Under the pieces are notes generated by a model that worked only from the letters and a program-made list of their open reading frames with translations, was not told the origin of the DNA and did not search any database. This document shows, in pieces, positions 49,155-60,183 of a stretch of DNA of 64,000 nt; positions within the stretch are counted from its first letter, which is position 1; every line of letters begins with the position of its first letter. The DNA lies in assembly GCA_937625935.1 (NCBI GenBank), contig OW569347.1, positions 310,001 through 374,000 on the forward strand. The letters run 5' to 3'. Position numbers and translations under genes: made by a program. This DNA is from Tetramitus jugosus. Its lineage: Eukaryota > Protista > Heterolobosea.

Positions 49155-50396
49155 ATGCCTCATTTCCTGAACGAACCAAAAGAATTGGTTGAAAATGTTT
49201 CCAAGAGACAAAAAACAACCATTTCTCATTTGAAACAAGAGATTGATAACCTGATTGAATGCATTGAAGATTGCAAGAGAGAATTGATCATGTCGCCATC
49301 ATCATTATCGCCATCGCAACAACAACTACAAGATTCATCCTCTTCCTCCACTGCTGACAAATCAAAAGAGTTTGCTGTCGCGACCAACAGGATCGCGACT
49401 CAGATCAAAAAATGCCATCGGAGTTTTCAAACGGCACACAAGGACTATCACAGTTCACTCACAAAGTTTGGTAAGAGTATTGACAAGTGTATGAAATCGA
49501 ATCAGGAGGATGCCCTGTTGAGAGATCCATGGCAGTTGAATCAAGATTTACTCAATCAAATCATTGCGGAACACTTGTTCAGAGAAGGGTGTTTCGAAGT
49601 GGCCGATATATTCCAAAAGGAGACCAATGTACAACTAACGGAAGAGTACAAACAATCTTTCATGGACATGTTTCATGTTTTGAAACAATTGGAGCAAAAG
49701 GAGACGAGTTTAGCTCTGCAATGGTGCGCGAACAATGGTAGACAGTATGGTCCATTGGCATTTTTGTGCCACAAGTTACAATTCATTAAATTATTATCGG
49801 AGAAGCAGAGTGGAATAGAAGCGATGAAGTATGCTAGAACCTACTTGTCTCCATTCTCTGCCCATGCTAACGTTCAGCTCGAGATGAAGAACACTATGAA
49901 CGAGTTAAAGTTTCTAATGGGTTCCTTGTTGTATGCTGGTCGATTGAACGAATCTGATCACTATAGGTCATTGCTCGATGAATCCTTGTGGACAGAGGTA
50001 AAGGAGCTGTTCAAAGAAGAGTGCTCACAGGTTGCAAAACAAGCCTCGGAAAGCCCTCTGTATGTTAGTGTCACAGCAGGAACCCAAGCATTACCAACAC
50101 TGCTCAAAATGATTAGCGTCACGCGCTTAGATAGAGAATCATTGCAAAAGATGGAGCAACTAGCTGTTGAACTTGATGGTGTAGATCAAATGTTTCACTT
50201 CCATTCGATATTCGCCTGTCCTGTATCCAAAGAAAACTATTTTAGTGCCGACAATCCACCCATGCTTCTCCCTTGTGGGCACGTGTTAATCAAGAACTCA
50301 ATTCTGAAGCTTGTTCGGAGTGCCCATCAACGATTCAAGTGTCCATATTGTCCAGAGGAAACTACAGTTCCACAGTGTAAAACCATTTACTTTTAG
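49155..50396 (+). CDS. RMND5: GID/CTLH complex RING subunit RMND5/Gid2
   Basis: LisH (LNQIIAEHLFREG), CTLH/CRA region, ESPL, and the degenerate RING FHSIFACPV..NPPMLLPCGHV..FKCPYCP. Confidence 0.9.
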   Translation: MPHFLNEPKELVENVSKRQKTTISHLKQEIDNLIECIEDCKRELIMSPSSLSPSQQQLQDSSSSSTADKSKEFAVATNRIATQIKKCHRSFQTAHKDYHSSLTKFGKSIDKCMKSNQEDALLRDPWQLNQDLLNQIIAEHLFREGCFEVADIFQKETNVQLTEEYKQSFMDMFHVLKQLEQKETSLALQWCANNGRQYGPLAFLCHKLQFIKLLSEKQSGIEAMKYARTYLSPFSAHANVQLEMKNTMNELKFLMGSLLYAGRLNESDHYRSLLDESLWTEVKELFKEECSQVAKQASESPLYVSVTAGTQALPTLLKMISVTRLDRESLQKMEQLAVELDGVDQMFHFHSIFACPVSKENYFSADNPPMLLPCGHVLIKNSILKLVRSAHQRFKCPYCPEETTVPQCKTIYF

Positions 50397-50441
50397 AAGA
50401 TATCTCATTCTGTGCATAGTTCGTTCACACAGAACCAAAAA

Positions 50442-50861
50442 ATGAAATCAAACATGGAACAATCATCCTCCTTTGAAAATCAAAAGGCAATCGCTCAACA
50501 ACAACACCCTATCGTAACAAATCCCTCTCTCTTTAAATTTCCTGGTGATGATCAATTATTGAATCGCATTGGACAAGTTGAGCGATTCTCAGAAGAAGAG
50601 CGACATCAGTTTGGTATGTGTGCAGTCGGATCTTGTTGCTGGTCATTTTCAATGTGCTCACACCAGGTTCCAACAATAACAGTTTTTGAGATGATACGAA
50701 AAGCGGAGGAGAATGCCATGGAATTGCTTCAATCGAAGCTCGCCACACTTCGATCTCAACAATTTCAGAATCAAAAGAACATTTATGAGATATTGATGGC
50801 ACTGAGTCAAGAAAACCAGATTGAACTTATATCTGGTCTTCTCAAGCCTCCTCCTAAATGA
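50442..50861 (+). CDS. Hypothetical protein
   Basis: ATG-initiated ~139-aa ORF that fills the gap between two genes. No family recognised. Confidence 0.5.
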   Translation: MKSNMEQSSSFENQKAIAQQQHPIVTNPSLFKFPGDDQLLNRIGQVERFSEEERHQFGMCAVGSCCWSFSMCSHQVPTITVFEMIRKAEENAMELLQSKLATLRSQQFQNQKNIYEILMALSQENQIELISGLLKPPPK

Positions 50862-50956
50862 TCCTCATGAAAATTATGGAAGGGCCGATCTCGCGCCAGT
50901 CAGCTCTTTACGGGATATATTTTTCGATCAGGAAAAAACATCACTGAACATAACAC

Positions 50957-51769
50957 ATGTCCATGAATGAAGTTGAACTGATGCGAAAAGAAATGCAATC
51001 CATGCAAGAAAGGATTGAAGATATGTACAGATACCTGCGAAAGCTAAAGAAGAAGGAGAAGCTTCAGCAACAAGAAGGCACGTGCAAACATCGAAACACC
51101 AAGACGCCGAATGAACAAAATCACTCTCTGTTAAACAGTGTATCCATGCATCTGAGTGCTCAAACTTCATTGAATGATGAATCATTCGACAGTAGTGAGT
51201 TTTGGCTCAGAGTGAGCATTCAGAGTGTCATCAGGCGAGCTCTCGTCCAACAGAATGAAAAAAGATGGAAAAGTGCGATAATCATCCAACGAACTTGGAA
51301 AAAGTGTAGAAAGTATATTTTGTATCCTGAGATTAGACTCTTGCAGAGAAAATGCAGATTACACGAGGTTGTTTTGTTGGAGTTGAACAGAGAGAGACAA
51401 TGCGATCGAACGATGATCGCTCATCTATTAAATGAGATTAATGAATTAAAAGAGAATCATAGATCGTTGGAGCATGGCTCTAGAGAGCACAGTTCTTTAG
51501 GGATGTCCATTCAAGACGATTTGCATTCCTCAGCCATTATCATCCAAAAGTGGTGGAGGGGACATCGATGCAGACTGATATTCAACCACCTTTGGTTAAA
51601 CTATAGGCTGCATAGACTTAGAGTACTTTTTAGTGCTCTCAAGATTGAGCACTGGATCCGGGTGTGGATTGATAGAAGAAAGATTGCTCACGATGAGGAC
51701 TCCATGAGCTCAGTTTCGGACTATTCTCCTCTCAACTCCGATATTTCCTCCGACGATTTATCCGATTGA
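50957..51769 (+). CDS. IQ-motif (calmodulin-binding) coiled-coil protein
   Basis: IQ-like motifs SAIIIQRTWK, SAIIIQKWWRGHRCR and SALKIEHWIR. Confidence 0.75.
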   Translation: MSMNEVELMRKEMQSMQERIEDMYRYLRKLKKKEKLQQQEGTCKHRNTKTPNEQNHSLLNSVSMHLSAQTSLNDESFDSSEFWLRVSIQSVIRRALVQQNEKRWKSAIIIQRTWKKCRKYILYPEIRLLQRKCRLHEVVLLELNRERQCDRTMIAHLLNEINELKENHRSLEHGSREHSSLGMSIQDDLHSSAIIIQKWWRGHRCRLIFNHLWLNYRLHRLRVLFSALKIEHWIRVWIDRRKIAHDEDSMSSVSDYSPLNSDISSDDLSD

Positions 51770-51853
51770 ATTGGCGCCAAAATGAAACCGCCAAAAACTA
51801 TCCGTTTGATTTAAATTTTTATTCCTGAGAAACAACATCAACAAACAAACATA

Positions 51854-54445
51854 ATGATGAATAAGGAAAATATCCCACAACCAAAGACAAATGCGGTTGA
51901 GAAGAGAAGAGTTAGTTTTGCTTCGCAGCAACATACTTACTTGTATGATACGAGTCAACAAATACCCAAAAAGAGTTCTCCTCTGAAGCCAAAACCATCC
52001 AGCAGAACCCCTCCGAGAAACAAACATGTTGAACAAGGATCTCCAATGATGATATCTCCTAACAATGGCTCTGAGATTTATGATACTGATGAGAGCATAA
52101 ACACAACAACAACAGAAACTAATTCCCCCTTTGGTGACAGAGTCGACGGTGTGGACGATCTCATGGATATTTTGGCTGAAAGAACAAAAGATGACAAGAG
52201 ACTGAGCTCGATTTCCATGTACTCTGATGAGGACATGGAATTCACATCGACCACTGGGAAGATATACTCTTTCGAGGACGAACAAGAACATAATACCACC
52301 CAACAACTAGACCATAGAATGTCTCTTGCCACAAATTACGGAGACATTATGTATGCGGATCCAAACGTACGCGACAGACGGATGACTGAAAATCGAATGT
52401 CTTTGGCAACTATTCATGGTGGCATTTTGTTTGCAGATGATGAAATGGATGATCCAAATCGTACACGAAGGTTCACTGACAATAGAATGTCGATGGCTAC
52501 TCATCATGGTGATTTGTTGTACGTAGGTGAAGAAAACCAACAATTGGGAAATGCATTTGATAACCGAATGTCAATGGGAACAATGCACGGGAATATTTTG
52601 TTTGTTGCTCCTGAGGATCAGAACGACACTCAAGAAGAATACTTAAACCAAGAGCATAACAAAGTTTCTCAGGACCAAACTATGGATTTAAATATCAGGT
52701 TAAGAAATCTTCAATCGGATCATGTGTTATCTTCTGAACATAGTCAGACTGCTCTCTTTAATCTTGAAAGCAACGCCGCTACAAGAGATACGATTCATCG
52801 ATTCCATAATGCATCAATGGAACTCACGAATGTGACCGGGAAAATATTAAGTACTCATGAATCTGTTTTGGAAGAACAAACAAGAGAAATTTTGACAAAC
52901 ATCCAGAGACTATCGACCGTGGATCCCAACATGTCCATAATTAATCATTCTCTTCTGTCGATTGCCTCTCCTGCCGTTATTAATCCGAATAACCGCTCAA
53001 TCGTAGATGGCTCCTTTAGAATCTCTCCTCCAAAGGCTGGAGTTTTTGATGATGAAGAGGATTTTGAGCATACATATCAAGACTCCCTAATCTACGATGA
53101 TGATGAAGTCTTTGGCAATCCTGATGATGGAAGTATTGCAAACTATACATTAGACGATTTCATGCACCAATTTCAAATTCATCCCTTCCATGACAATGTT
53201 ACTAATCGTAGAATGACAATGATTCACCGAGACGAAGGAAAACGACCTGAAACAAAAGAAGAAATATTGCAACTTTTATGTATCACTTCAGTGGAAAAAG
53301 AATCTGTTGAGAAGATGAAGATGGATCTCATAGCTCAAATAGAAATATTGTCACAAAAGGTTAGACAACTCGAGAATAATTTTGAACAAAATAATCCACC
53401 CATTTGCACTCTGGCTCAACATATTCCAGAGCAGTCTTCGAGAAAGTTTAAACGTCAGCTATCTATCCTTCGTAGTGTTTGCAATACTAAGGCTGACCTA
53501 CGATTGATAGATTGGAAAATAGAAATGAAGAAGAGTTCATTCGACCGAACTCTAAACCATTTTAATAAGCTAACGAATGGTGATGTGAAAAAACTCAACA
53601 AGTATATGGACCACGTCAAGTCTCTGATAAATGAATTAGAAGCTACCCTACAGGAAGAAAAGATACAACAGAAGATTCAAGCCTCCAAAATTAGTAGCCA
53701 AATCTCATCACAAGACAATACATCATCAACCCGCTTAACCAGACCGGTTGAATCACCAAAACCAACTCAGGATAAGAGACAAACAGACTTGAATTATTAC
53801 AGTGTTCTTAGAAGCATTGGAGGCGATTGGGATCCATTAGTCGTTAAGAGTAATCAATTTGAATTGCGATATCGTTGTTCTCAGCAATTGGGATGTGACT
53901 TTACGCTTTCAATTAACCTGAGCTTGGATCAAGTAAGCGCCATTAACTTTGGTGTAGATAGTCGCGAGATGAAAACCAATGATAGACAATTGCAATTGAG
54001 AAACTCTCTTCTCCAACATTACTTCGAAGAAGCAAGAAGGACTTGTGACTCTCATGTGAATTGCAATATTAACACCATACCTAAACTTACCCAAACGATT
54101 GCCCTAAATCTCTCTCGTATCCAGAGCATATGGGAGGAAATTCAAGAGATTGCTCTCAGATTTAGTTCCACCATGTATATCACAACTTCCAACTCCTCTC
54201 AACTCTCAAGCGGTGGTGTGCCTGTCTCATTTGTCTTCAGCTCGCGGAAACATATGAAACGGTTTACCCTGACAATGGTTCTCTCCTCGCAGTATCCCTA
54301 TGAACCGAACCTCGTCTACTTCAACAACGACCTGGGACCAACAACGGAACAACAAGTCAAAAACGTCCTGGCCTATATTCCAGTCAATCGATTTGGCCGC
54401 CTTGTCCGAATAGCCTCCGACTTGAGTGCACTCCTTGTGTCGTGA
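51854..54445 (+). CDS. KNL1: Kinetochore scaffold KNL1/Spc105/Spc7-like
   Basis: N-terminal RRVSF PP1-docking motif, MELT-type repeats (DMEFT, SMELT, 4x RMSxxT), then a coiled coil and an RWD-like C-terminus. Confidence 0.8.
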   Translation: MMNKENIPQPKTNAVEKRRVSFASQQHTYLYDTSQQIPKKSSPLKPKPSSRTPPRNKHVEQGSPMMISPNNGSEIYDTDESINTTTTETNSPFGDRVDGVDDLMDILAERTKDDKRLSSISMYSDEDMEFTSTTGKIYSFEDEQEHNTTQQLDHRMSLATNYGDIMYADPNVRDRRMTENRMSLATIHGGILFADDEMDDPNRTRRFTDNRMSMATHHGDLLYVGEENQQLGNAFDNRMSMGTMHGNILFVAPEDQNDTQEEYLNQEHNKVSQDQTMDLNIRLRNLQSDHVLSSEHSQTALFNLESNAATRDTIHRFHNASMELTNVTGKILSTHESVLEEQTREILTNIQRLSTVDPNMSIINHSLLSIASPAVINPNNRSIVDGSFRISPPKAGVFDDEEDFEHTYQDSLIYDDDEVFGNPDDGSIANYTLDDFMHQFQIHPFHDNVTNRRMTMIHRDEGKRPETKEEILQLLCITSVEKESVEKMKMDLIAQIEILSQKVRQLENNFEQNNPPICTLAQHIPEQSSRKFKRQLSILRSVCNTKADLRLIDWKIEMKKSSFDRTLNHFNKLTNGDVKKLNKYMDHVKSLINELEATLQEEKIQQKIQASKISSQISSQDNTSSTRLTRPVESPKPTQDKRQTDLNYYSVLRSIGGDWDPLVVKSNQFELRYRCSQQLGCDFTLSINLSLDQVSAINFGVDSREMKTNDRQLQLRNSLLQHYFEEARRTCDSHVNCNINTIPKLTQTIALNLSRIQSIWEEIQEIALRFSSTMYITTSNSSQLSSGGVPVSFVFSSRKHMKRFTLTMVLSSQYPYEPNLVYFNNDLGPTTEQQVKNVLAYIPVNRFGRLVRIASDLSALLVS

Positions 54446-54495
54446 GTGTTCTTCCACTCGACACCGGAAGAACAAAACCAATAAAAAACACAACA

Positions 54496-55122
54496 ATGCA
54501 AAGGATCAGTACGATACCAGCCGTGGCACTGAAGCTCTCCACACAACAAGCAAAAAATTATGCACGATTCTCGAGAGCAGCAACAATCGTACCATGTCTG
54601 CAGTTGAACAATAACAACCGTGTCTTTCTCAATAACGCATCATCAAGCACAAAGCTCTTTCACTCATGCACACCCACATTTCAACAAGTACAAGCAACAC
54701 CACCACCAATAAAGGCATCACAAGAGCAAAAGGAACAACAACAACAACAACAACAACAACAAGAATCTGATTCCAATCAGGACAACAATGAAAAATTATC
54801 AATCAAGGATCGAATCAAGAGATTTATTAGAAACTATGGTATCACTGGTCTTATTGTCTACTTTTCCATTTATTATTTGACATGGGCTGGATTCTACTTT
54901 GCTCTTGAACACAAGTGGATCAATCCTGGTGACGTGACTGAACTGGCAAAGAAGATTGGATTGGATCGATGGATCGACTTGGAAGGAGACACACAAAAGA
55001 AGGTGGCCAATGTGGGAGCTGCTTACCTGATCACCAAACTGACTGAGCCATTGCGCTTTGGCGCCACTGTAATGATTACGCCATTTGTCTTGAAATTGTT
55101 TAGAAAAATTGTGAGAAAGTAA
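54496..55122 (+). CDS. FAM210/DUF1279-like mitochondrial membrane protein
   Basis: Basic, acid-free presequence, then IKRFIRNYG..LIVY and AYLITKLTEPLRFGATVMITP. Confidence 0.8.
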   Translation: MQRISTIPAVALKLSTQQAKNYARFSRAATIVPCLQLNNNNRVFLNNASSSTKLFHSCTPTFQQVQATPPPIKASQEQKEQQQQQQQQQESDSNQDNNEKLSIKDRIKRFIRNYGITGLIVYFSIYYLTWAGFYFALEHKWINPGDVTELAKKIGLDRWIDLEGDTQKKVANVGAAYLITKLTEPLRFGATVMITPFVLKLFRKIVRK

Positions 55123-55337
55123 AATTTTGCATCAGTTTCATGTCTGATCAAGCACTGTCTCATTCTCGCATGTCTAGAAGATGACGCTAGCTAGCACTGT
55201 GAGCTATTCCGTTTGTGCTGCAATCATTGGGTATTCGAGCAATGGTTTCGTTCAAGTTTTTCAATTTCGCGTCACTCAAAATGAATCTCGCGGTAGATAC
55301 TTGACTCGCGTCAGTTACAAAATCGGGATGATTGTCT

Positions 55338-57338
55338 ATGGCAAAACGCCGAGGTCTGGACGTGTCGAAGGGAGCCAGTCTATCGCGGAACGAAGCTACA
55401 CCCATCGACCAACATTGTTGTGAACTCCCCATCATCATTTCCACACACAACAAGAAGAAACTAAACACCACTACTACACTCGCTCTCTCCCCCCATATGA
55501 TGGACCACAACAATAGCACGACATGTGAGGGAACTGAGCTCTCATCATCATCCCATGTCATCAACAACAACAACAACAACAACATGGATGATGATGATCA
55601 TGGAAAAGTACCAGCAACAGTGACGACACCCAAGACATTCACGAGTTCCTCCACTGCTGTTGCAACCCCTCTCATGATTCATCAAGATGTTGAATACAAC
55701 AATGACAATGACAATGACCAAAACAATAACAATCATGATAATGATAATGATGATGATGACAATGAGAATAATGAACAACAACCATTGGAGCTTCAAGAAG
55801 AGAGTAGCAACAACAACGACACCAGTAGTAAACCAACACCTCTATCCATGTCTCGACTCATGTGTGTTGTTGTGCTGTTCATCTCAGAGGGCTTTGCTTT
55901 CACTTTCATGTTTCCATTTGTTGGATTCATGATTATGGATTTTGGAATGGTGAGTGATGAGAGAGACGCGGGGTACTATGCTGGATTATTGGCCGGTTGT
56001 TACTCTGTTGCCCAATTCTTCTCCGGTTTCATCTTTGGCATCTTGTCCGATCGTGTCAGCAAGAAGATTGTAGTCATGATTAGTACGGCGGCCAGCACCT
56101 TTGCCATTCTCCTGTTTGGTACATCGAAAAACTTTTATTATGCAATTGCGTTTCGAGCATTGAATGGTGGACTGAATGGATCAGTGGCAACAGCCAAGGC
56201 CTACTTGACTGAAATTACAGATGGCTCGAATCAGGCACAAGCATTCAGTTTTATTGGATTGTCGTGGGGCATTGGTGCGATTGGAGGCCCTGCCATTGGT
56301 GGATTCTTGTCTCATCCAGTCGAAAAGTATCCTTCAGTGTTTGGGAATATGAAACTGTTTTCAAAGTTTCCCTATCTGCTGCCCTGCATGTTCACTTCGG
56401 CAGTCATGCTTTTTGCCTTTGTGTTCACATCCGTGTTCATGGCACCTCCAGCAGCCAACCCAGATGCCAACCAATCCGTTGAGAATAGTAGTGTCACTGG
56501 CAATGATGAAGAGGGAGGAGATGTCAAGTCATCAACCGAGATGGAAATGAATGATATGACTACAGATTTGAGTGCTATTGACACCAGTGGAGATCAGTTG
56601 GAAGAGTTCAAAGAGCCTGTTGGATCCTATGTGGATCAAAAGTCGCTCCTGAAGAGAATCATTGTGAGATCAAAGAACGAAATTGTTGAACTGTTTAGTC
56701 TTTATCGCAGTTTGGATGTCGTAGTCTGTTCGATCATGTATTTTACGTTTGCATTGGTGGATACGATGCAAGAGGAGTTGTTTCCATTGTGGGCAATGAT
56801 TGATCAGAAGAATGGAGGAATAGGTTTCAAAACGAATCAGTTGGGTATTGTTCAAATATGTACAGGTTTGGTACTCATATCAGAGCCGTTCTTGTATCCA
56901 AGACTATGCAAATATGTGAGCAAATTGAATTGCACGAGGCTGGGACTATGCGTTTATGCTTCACTTGTATTCACACCACTTTTGAATATCTTGGCCAAGA
57001 AATCAATGGTTTGGTTAGGTTTTGGTTTGGCCACATACTGTGTCTGGAGATCTTCCACTGAAATGCTCGGTTTCACTTCGATCTTTATTCTGATGAACAA
57101 CTCGTCTCCCAAGGGTGCCGCGGGAAGAGTGCAAAGTTTGAATCACTCTGCCGGTTCTATTGCCAGAGCACTCGCACCATTTCTTGCTGGTCCAACCTTG
57201 GCTTACTTTGCTCGTTTGGCGGAAACAAAATCGAAGTTGTTTATGCATGCTCCCTTCTTTTTGCTGACTATTGCTTCAGGAATATCTTTCAGTTTCTCGT
57301 TTTTGCTGAAACGAAACATCAACAACCCTAAGAACTAG
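55338..57338 (+). CDS. MFS transporter, ZIF/ZIFL (DHA1-like) family
   Basis: About 12 TM segments with motifs AGYYAGLL, GILSDRVSKK, RALNGGLNG, GPAIGGFL and FPYLLPC. Confidence 0.85.
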   Translation: MAKRRGLDVSKGASLSRNEATPIDQHCCELPIIISTHNKKKLNTTTTLALSPHMMDHNNSTTCEGTELSSSSHVINNNNNNNMDDDDHGKVPATVTTPKTFTSSSTAVATPLMIHQDVEYNNDNDNDQNNNNHDNDNDDDDNENNEQQPLELQEESSNNNDTSSKPTPLSMSRLMCVVVLFISEGFAFTFMFPFVGFMIMDFGMVSDERDAGYYAGLLAGCYSVAQFFSGFIFGILSDRVSKKIVVMISTAASTFAILLFGTSKNFYYAIAFRALNGGLNGSVATAKAYLTEITDGSNQAQAFSFIGLSWGIGAIGGPAIGGFLSHPVEKYPSVFGNMKLFSKFPYLLPCMFTSAVMLFAFVFTSVFMAPPAANPDANQSVENSSVTGNDEEGGDVKSSTEMEMNDMTTDLSAIDTSGDQLEEFKEPVGSYVDQKSLLKRIIVRSKNEIVELFSLYRSLDVVVCSIMYFTFALVDTMQEELFPLWAMIDQKNGGIGFKTNQLGIVQICTGLVLISEPFLYPRLCKYVSKLNCTRLGLCVYASLVFTPLLNILAKKSMVWLGFGLATYCVWRSSTEMLGFTSIFILMNNSSPKGAAGRVQSLNHSAGSIARALAPFLAGPTLAYFARLAETKSKLFMHAPFFLLTIASGISFSFSFLLKRNINNPKN

Positions 57339-57398
57339 AATCCAATAATTTATTAGTTACCTTTATAAAATTATGACTGAGTCCTATCCAAGCATAAA

Positions 57399-59990
57399 TT
57401 ATAAAAAGGCTCTTAGCTTTGCAGGTCTGCGGATAGCATTTGTATGTCCATCATGAAAACTAAAATAGAGTGAACAGTTCGAAGTTTGCACGGTGGGTGA
57501 TGAAGTTGGACTCGTCGTGAAAGCAGACTTCATTTTTGGTGGTGTTCTGGGAGAAGGAGGAGCCATATCAGTGCTCGTTTTCGCCACAGGTTTTGTTTCT
57601 TGGGGTGCATTCTTCTTTGCAACTTTGCGAAGTTTCTCATTATGAATTTCTGCAGATACAATTCTCTTGATTGTGTAAGGTAAGTCCGAAGCTATATCTG
57701 TCTCTCTCGTGTTCATTTTCTTTTTATCCTGCTCTTCGTTTAGAGAACGGAAGTCAACAAGTCTATGAATTGGTGGATCCAACTCATATTTGAGTGACCC
57801 GTTTTCGTAATTAGATCTGAATGAGAGACCATAATCAACACATAGGGATATAATGTTTTCGACTGCTTGTCTCTCAGTGACATTCTTGATGTTGGCTGCC
57901 AAGCTTGTATTTGCATCAGAAGCGTACATCAAGTTGTTTGTATGAGCAGACTTGGTTTTGATGAGAATGTTGGGATAGAGCATGGATACAAGTTGTGGAA
58001 TGGTGTCAAGTTGCAGATCAGTGGATGATCGGACAGGATGATGGTTGTACATTGTGCAAGAAGTAGTGGCATATTGGTTATCTTTTGGACCTTTTGCTTC
58101 CATACTGAACATACTTCTGCAAATGTTTCTTCGTTGTTCTCTATCTCTCGAAACATCACCGTCCTTCTTTGGATAGTTATATTTGTGGAATCCTTGCTTG
58201 TACAAGGACATGCAATTCAGATGATACATTGCAATTGAGAAGAGTGCATAGCTAGAAAGAGCAAAGGCATTCGTTCTTCGCATCACTAGATTCATCTTGT
58301 CTGACCAACTTGTCCACTCCAAGGCTTTTACGGTTTCACGAAGATTGATCGAAGAGTTATACTTGACAGATGGATAATTCTCGAAGCAGCCCATTAACAG
58401 AGTGTCGTATCGATCAATTTCATCACTTAAAATTCGAGAGATATAAGTGAGCCGTTGTTCTGATTTCTCAGTTTCCACTGGATTGATATCTACCCTTTTA
58501 TCAAAGATCTTTGTCATGATATCAAAGTAGTCCTTCCTTGAATCCTTTTCAGCCAAGTTGATGTTTTCAAGTTTGTCTGAAGAGGCGAACTGAATCGTAT
58601 TCAGGCATGTTCTGATATCACCATCAGATTTGATTGCCAAATCGCGAATGTATCTCTTAGAGAACGATAACCCTTCTTGAGAGCAAATGTGAGATATTCT
58701 ATTCACTAATCGTTCAATATTATGCACATCTTGTGTTTCCTTTCGTTTGAATACGAACAATTTACTCCTCAGTCTCAGTTCTCGGAGTACAGGTGCATAG
58801 TGATCATTACAGATGCAAATAATTGGTCGGTTCAATCTCTTTTGGGTTTTCTTCTTGATGGGTTTCTTTAAAGTGCTTTTGGTGTTTCCCTTCTCTTCAT
58901 TTGGAGTTGTTTTTGATGACTTCTTCGGAGGATACACTAATTTTAAGAGGGCAGAGATGGCAGATCTTGTTTCACTGTTGAGCAATCCATCAATTTCATC
59001 AATAATTAATAAGATGGGTCTCTTGTCTCCAAACATGCTCTGTGTTTGAGTGTAGCTTGTAATCAACTCCATCAATCTGTTGCTTGATCGGTCATCTGAA
59101 GCATTGATTTCAACAGGTCTATAACCTGCTTGCTTTGCAACAATGTGAGCCAGCGTAGTCTTTCCTATACCTGGTGGACCTGAGATGAGCACTATTCTTT
59201 GTTCTGGTCCAATGAGTTGCTTGCTGTCCTTGTTGACTACAGCAAGAGGCTTGTTAGCAGCTTGTTTGTCGGGGAAAACGATTGGATCCCACTCCTTCAC
59301 CCATCTTAAAACCTCTCTGTTGAATTGTTCGTTCGTCAGCAAGTCTGTAAATGATTTTGGTGTATACTTGTCGACATAGAGCTTTGATTGACCACTATTA
59401 CTCTCCAAAATACTACGAGAAGACGACATGCTCAGAGTCTTGTTCTCCTTCTTGCCGCTCATTGTTAACAAATTTTTCTCTGCATTGTCCATCATTTGTT
59501 CAATCGATGTGCCCAACATTGATTCCTTGTCTCTCAATTCCATATCTAATTCGTGATGCGTCTGACTCACCATCCAATCTTCCTCATTGGGCAACAATGT
59601 GACAAAAACATGTTCGTTCGTCTCTGTGCTCGTCATGGAAATACAGTCAATTGAGCCAGATGGAACACGGTCACGATAAATGCCATGTTCGCTCTCAAAG
59701 TTCTTTAAGCGTTTGGGCTGAGGAGAAACTGAGATGTTGGAAGACTCATCCTTGATAGCTGCAGCATCAGTGACAACGGTTTGGCTTAAAACAGTTGCTG
59801 TTGCAGTTTCATTGTTCTTTGTGAAACGAGAGTGTGAATCCAGTTGTTCCATCGCTGCATATGCTTCGTCATCTTCAAACGAGTTATTGCTGTCATCAAA
59901 GTCGTCATCGAATAAATCTGATTCTCTCCTTCTCTTGTTATGGTTGCTAGCAGCTAAACCGTTGGTGAAGCCTCTGTGGTTTGTGGTCAT
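57399..59990 (-). CDS. CTF18: Chromosome transmission fidelity factor 18 (RFC-like clamp loader)
   Basis: Motifs YVDKYTPKSFTDLL, GPPGIGKTTLAH, EINASDDRS, IIDEID, RPIICICND and the C-terminal FHDGHTNAIRRP. Confidence 0.92.
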   Translation of the reverse strand: MTTNHRGFTNGLAASNHNKRRRESDLFDDDFDDSNNSFEDDEAYAAMEQLDSHSRFTKNNETATATVLSQTVVTDAAAIKDESSNISVSPQPKRLKNFESEHGIYRDRVPSGSIDCISMTSTETNEHVFVTLLPNEEDWMVSQTHHELDMELRDKESMLGTSIEQMMDNAEKNLLTMSGKKENKTLSMSSSRSILESNSGQSKLYVDKYTPKSFTDLLTNEQFNREVLRWVKEWDPIVFPDKQAANKPLAVVNKDSKQLIGPEQRIVLISGPPGIGKTTLAHIVAKQAGYRPVEINASDDRSSNRLMELITSYTQTQSMFGDKRPILLIIDEIDGLLNSETRSAISALLKLVYPPKKSSKTTPNEEKGNTKSTLKKPIKKKTQKRLNRPIICICNDHYAPVLRELRLRSKLFVFKRKETQDVHNIERLVNRISHICSQEGLSFSKRYIRDLAIKSDGDIRTCLNTIQFASSDKLENINLAEKDSRKDYFDIMTKIFDKRVDINPVETEKSEQRLTYISRILSDEIDRYDTLLMGCFENYPSVKYNSSINLRETVKALEWTSWSDKMNLVMRRTNAFALSSYALFSIAMYHLNCMSLYKQGFHKYNYPKKDGDVSRDREQRRNICRSMFSMEAKGPKDNQYATTSCTMYNHHPVRSSTDLQLDTIPQLVSMLYPNILIKTKSAHTNNLMYASDANTSLAANIKNVTERQAVENIISLCVDYGLSFRSNYENGSLKYELDPPIHRLVDFRSLNEEQDKKKMNTRETDIASDLPYTIKRIVSAEIHNEKLRKVAKKNAPQETKPVAKTSTDMAPPSPRTPPKMKSAFTTSPTSSPTVQTSNCSLYFSFHDGHTNAIRRPAKLRAFL

Positions 59991-60183
59991 TGTTCGTTTC
60001 TTCTCTCACCTTTGTTTCTGTCAAAAATTTTTTGGAGGGAAAAGGAGAAGTAACGGTCAATTCAAAAAAGCGCGCTCTATTTCAAATGCTAAAAAAAATA
60101 CCTTCCCACGGTTGAGTGTATTGGGTAGCCTACTAACCCGATTTTTTTTCTCCTTCCACAATCAAAAAAAGATAAAATTTGAA

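Noticed and set aside
59734-60183. 150-aa N-terminal extension of PLD
   Set aside because: It overlaps CTF18 antisense and the A/T-rich divergent promoter. The ATG at 60184 is more plausible.
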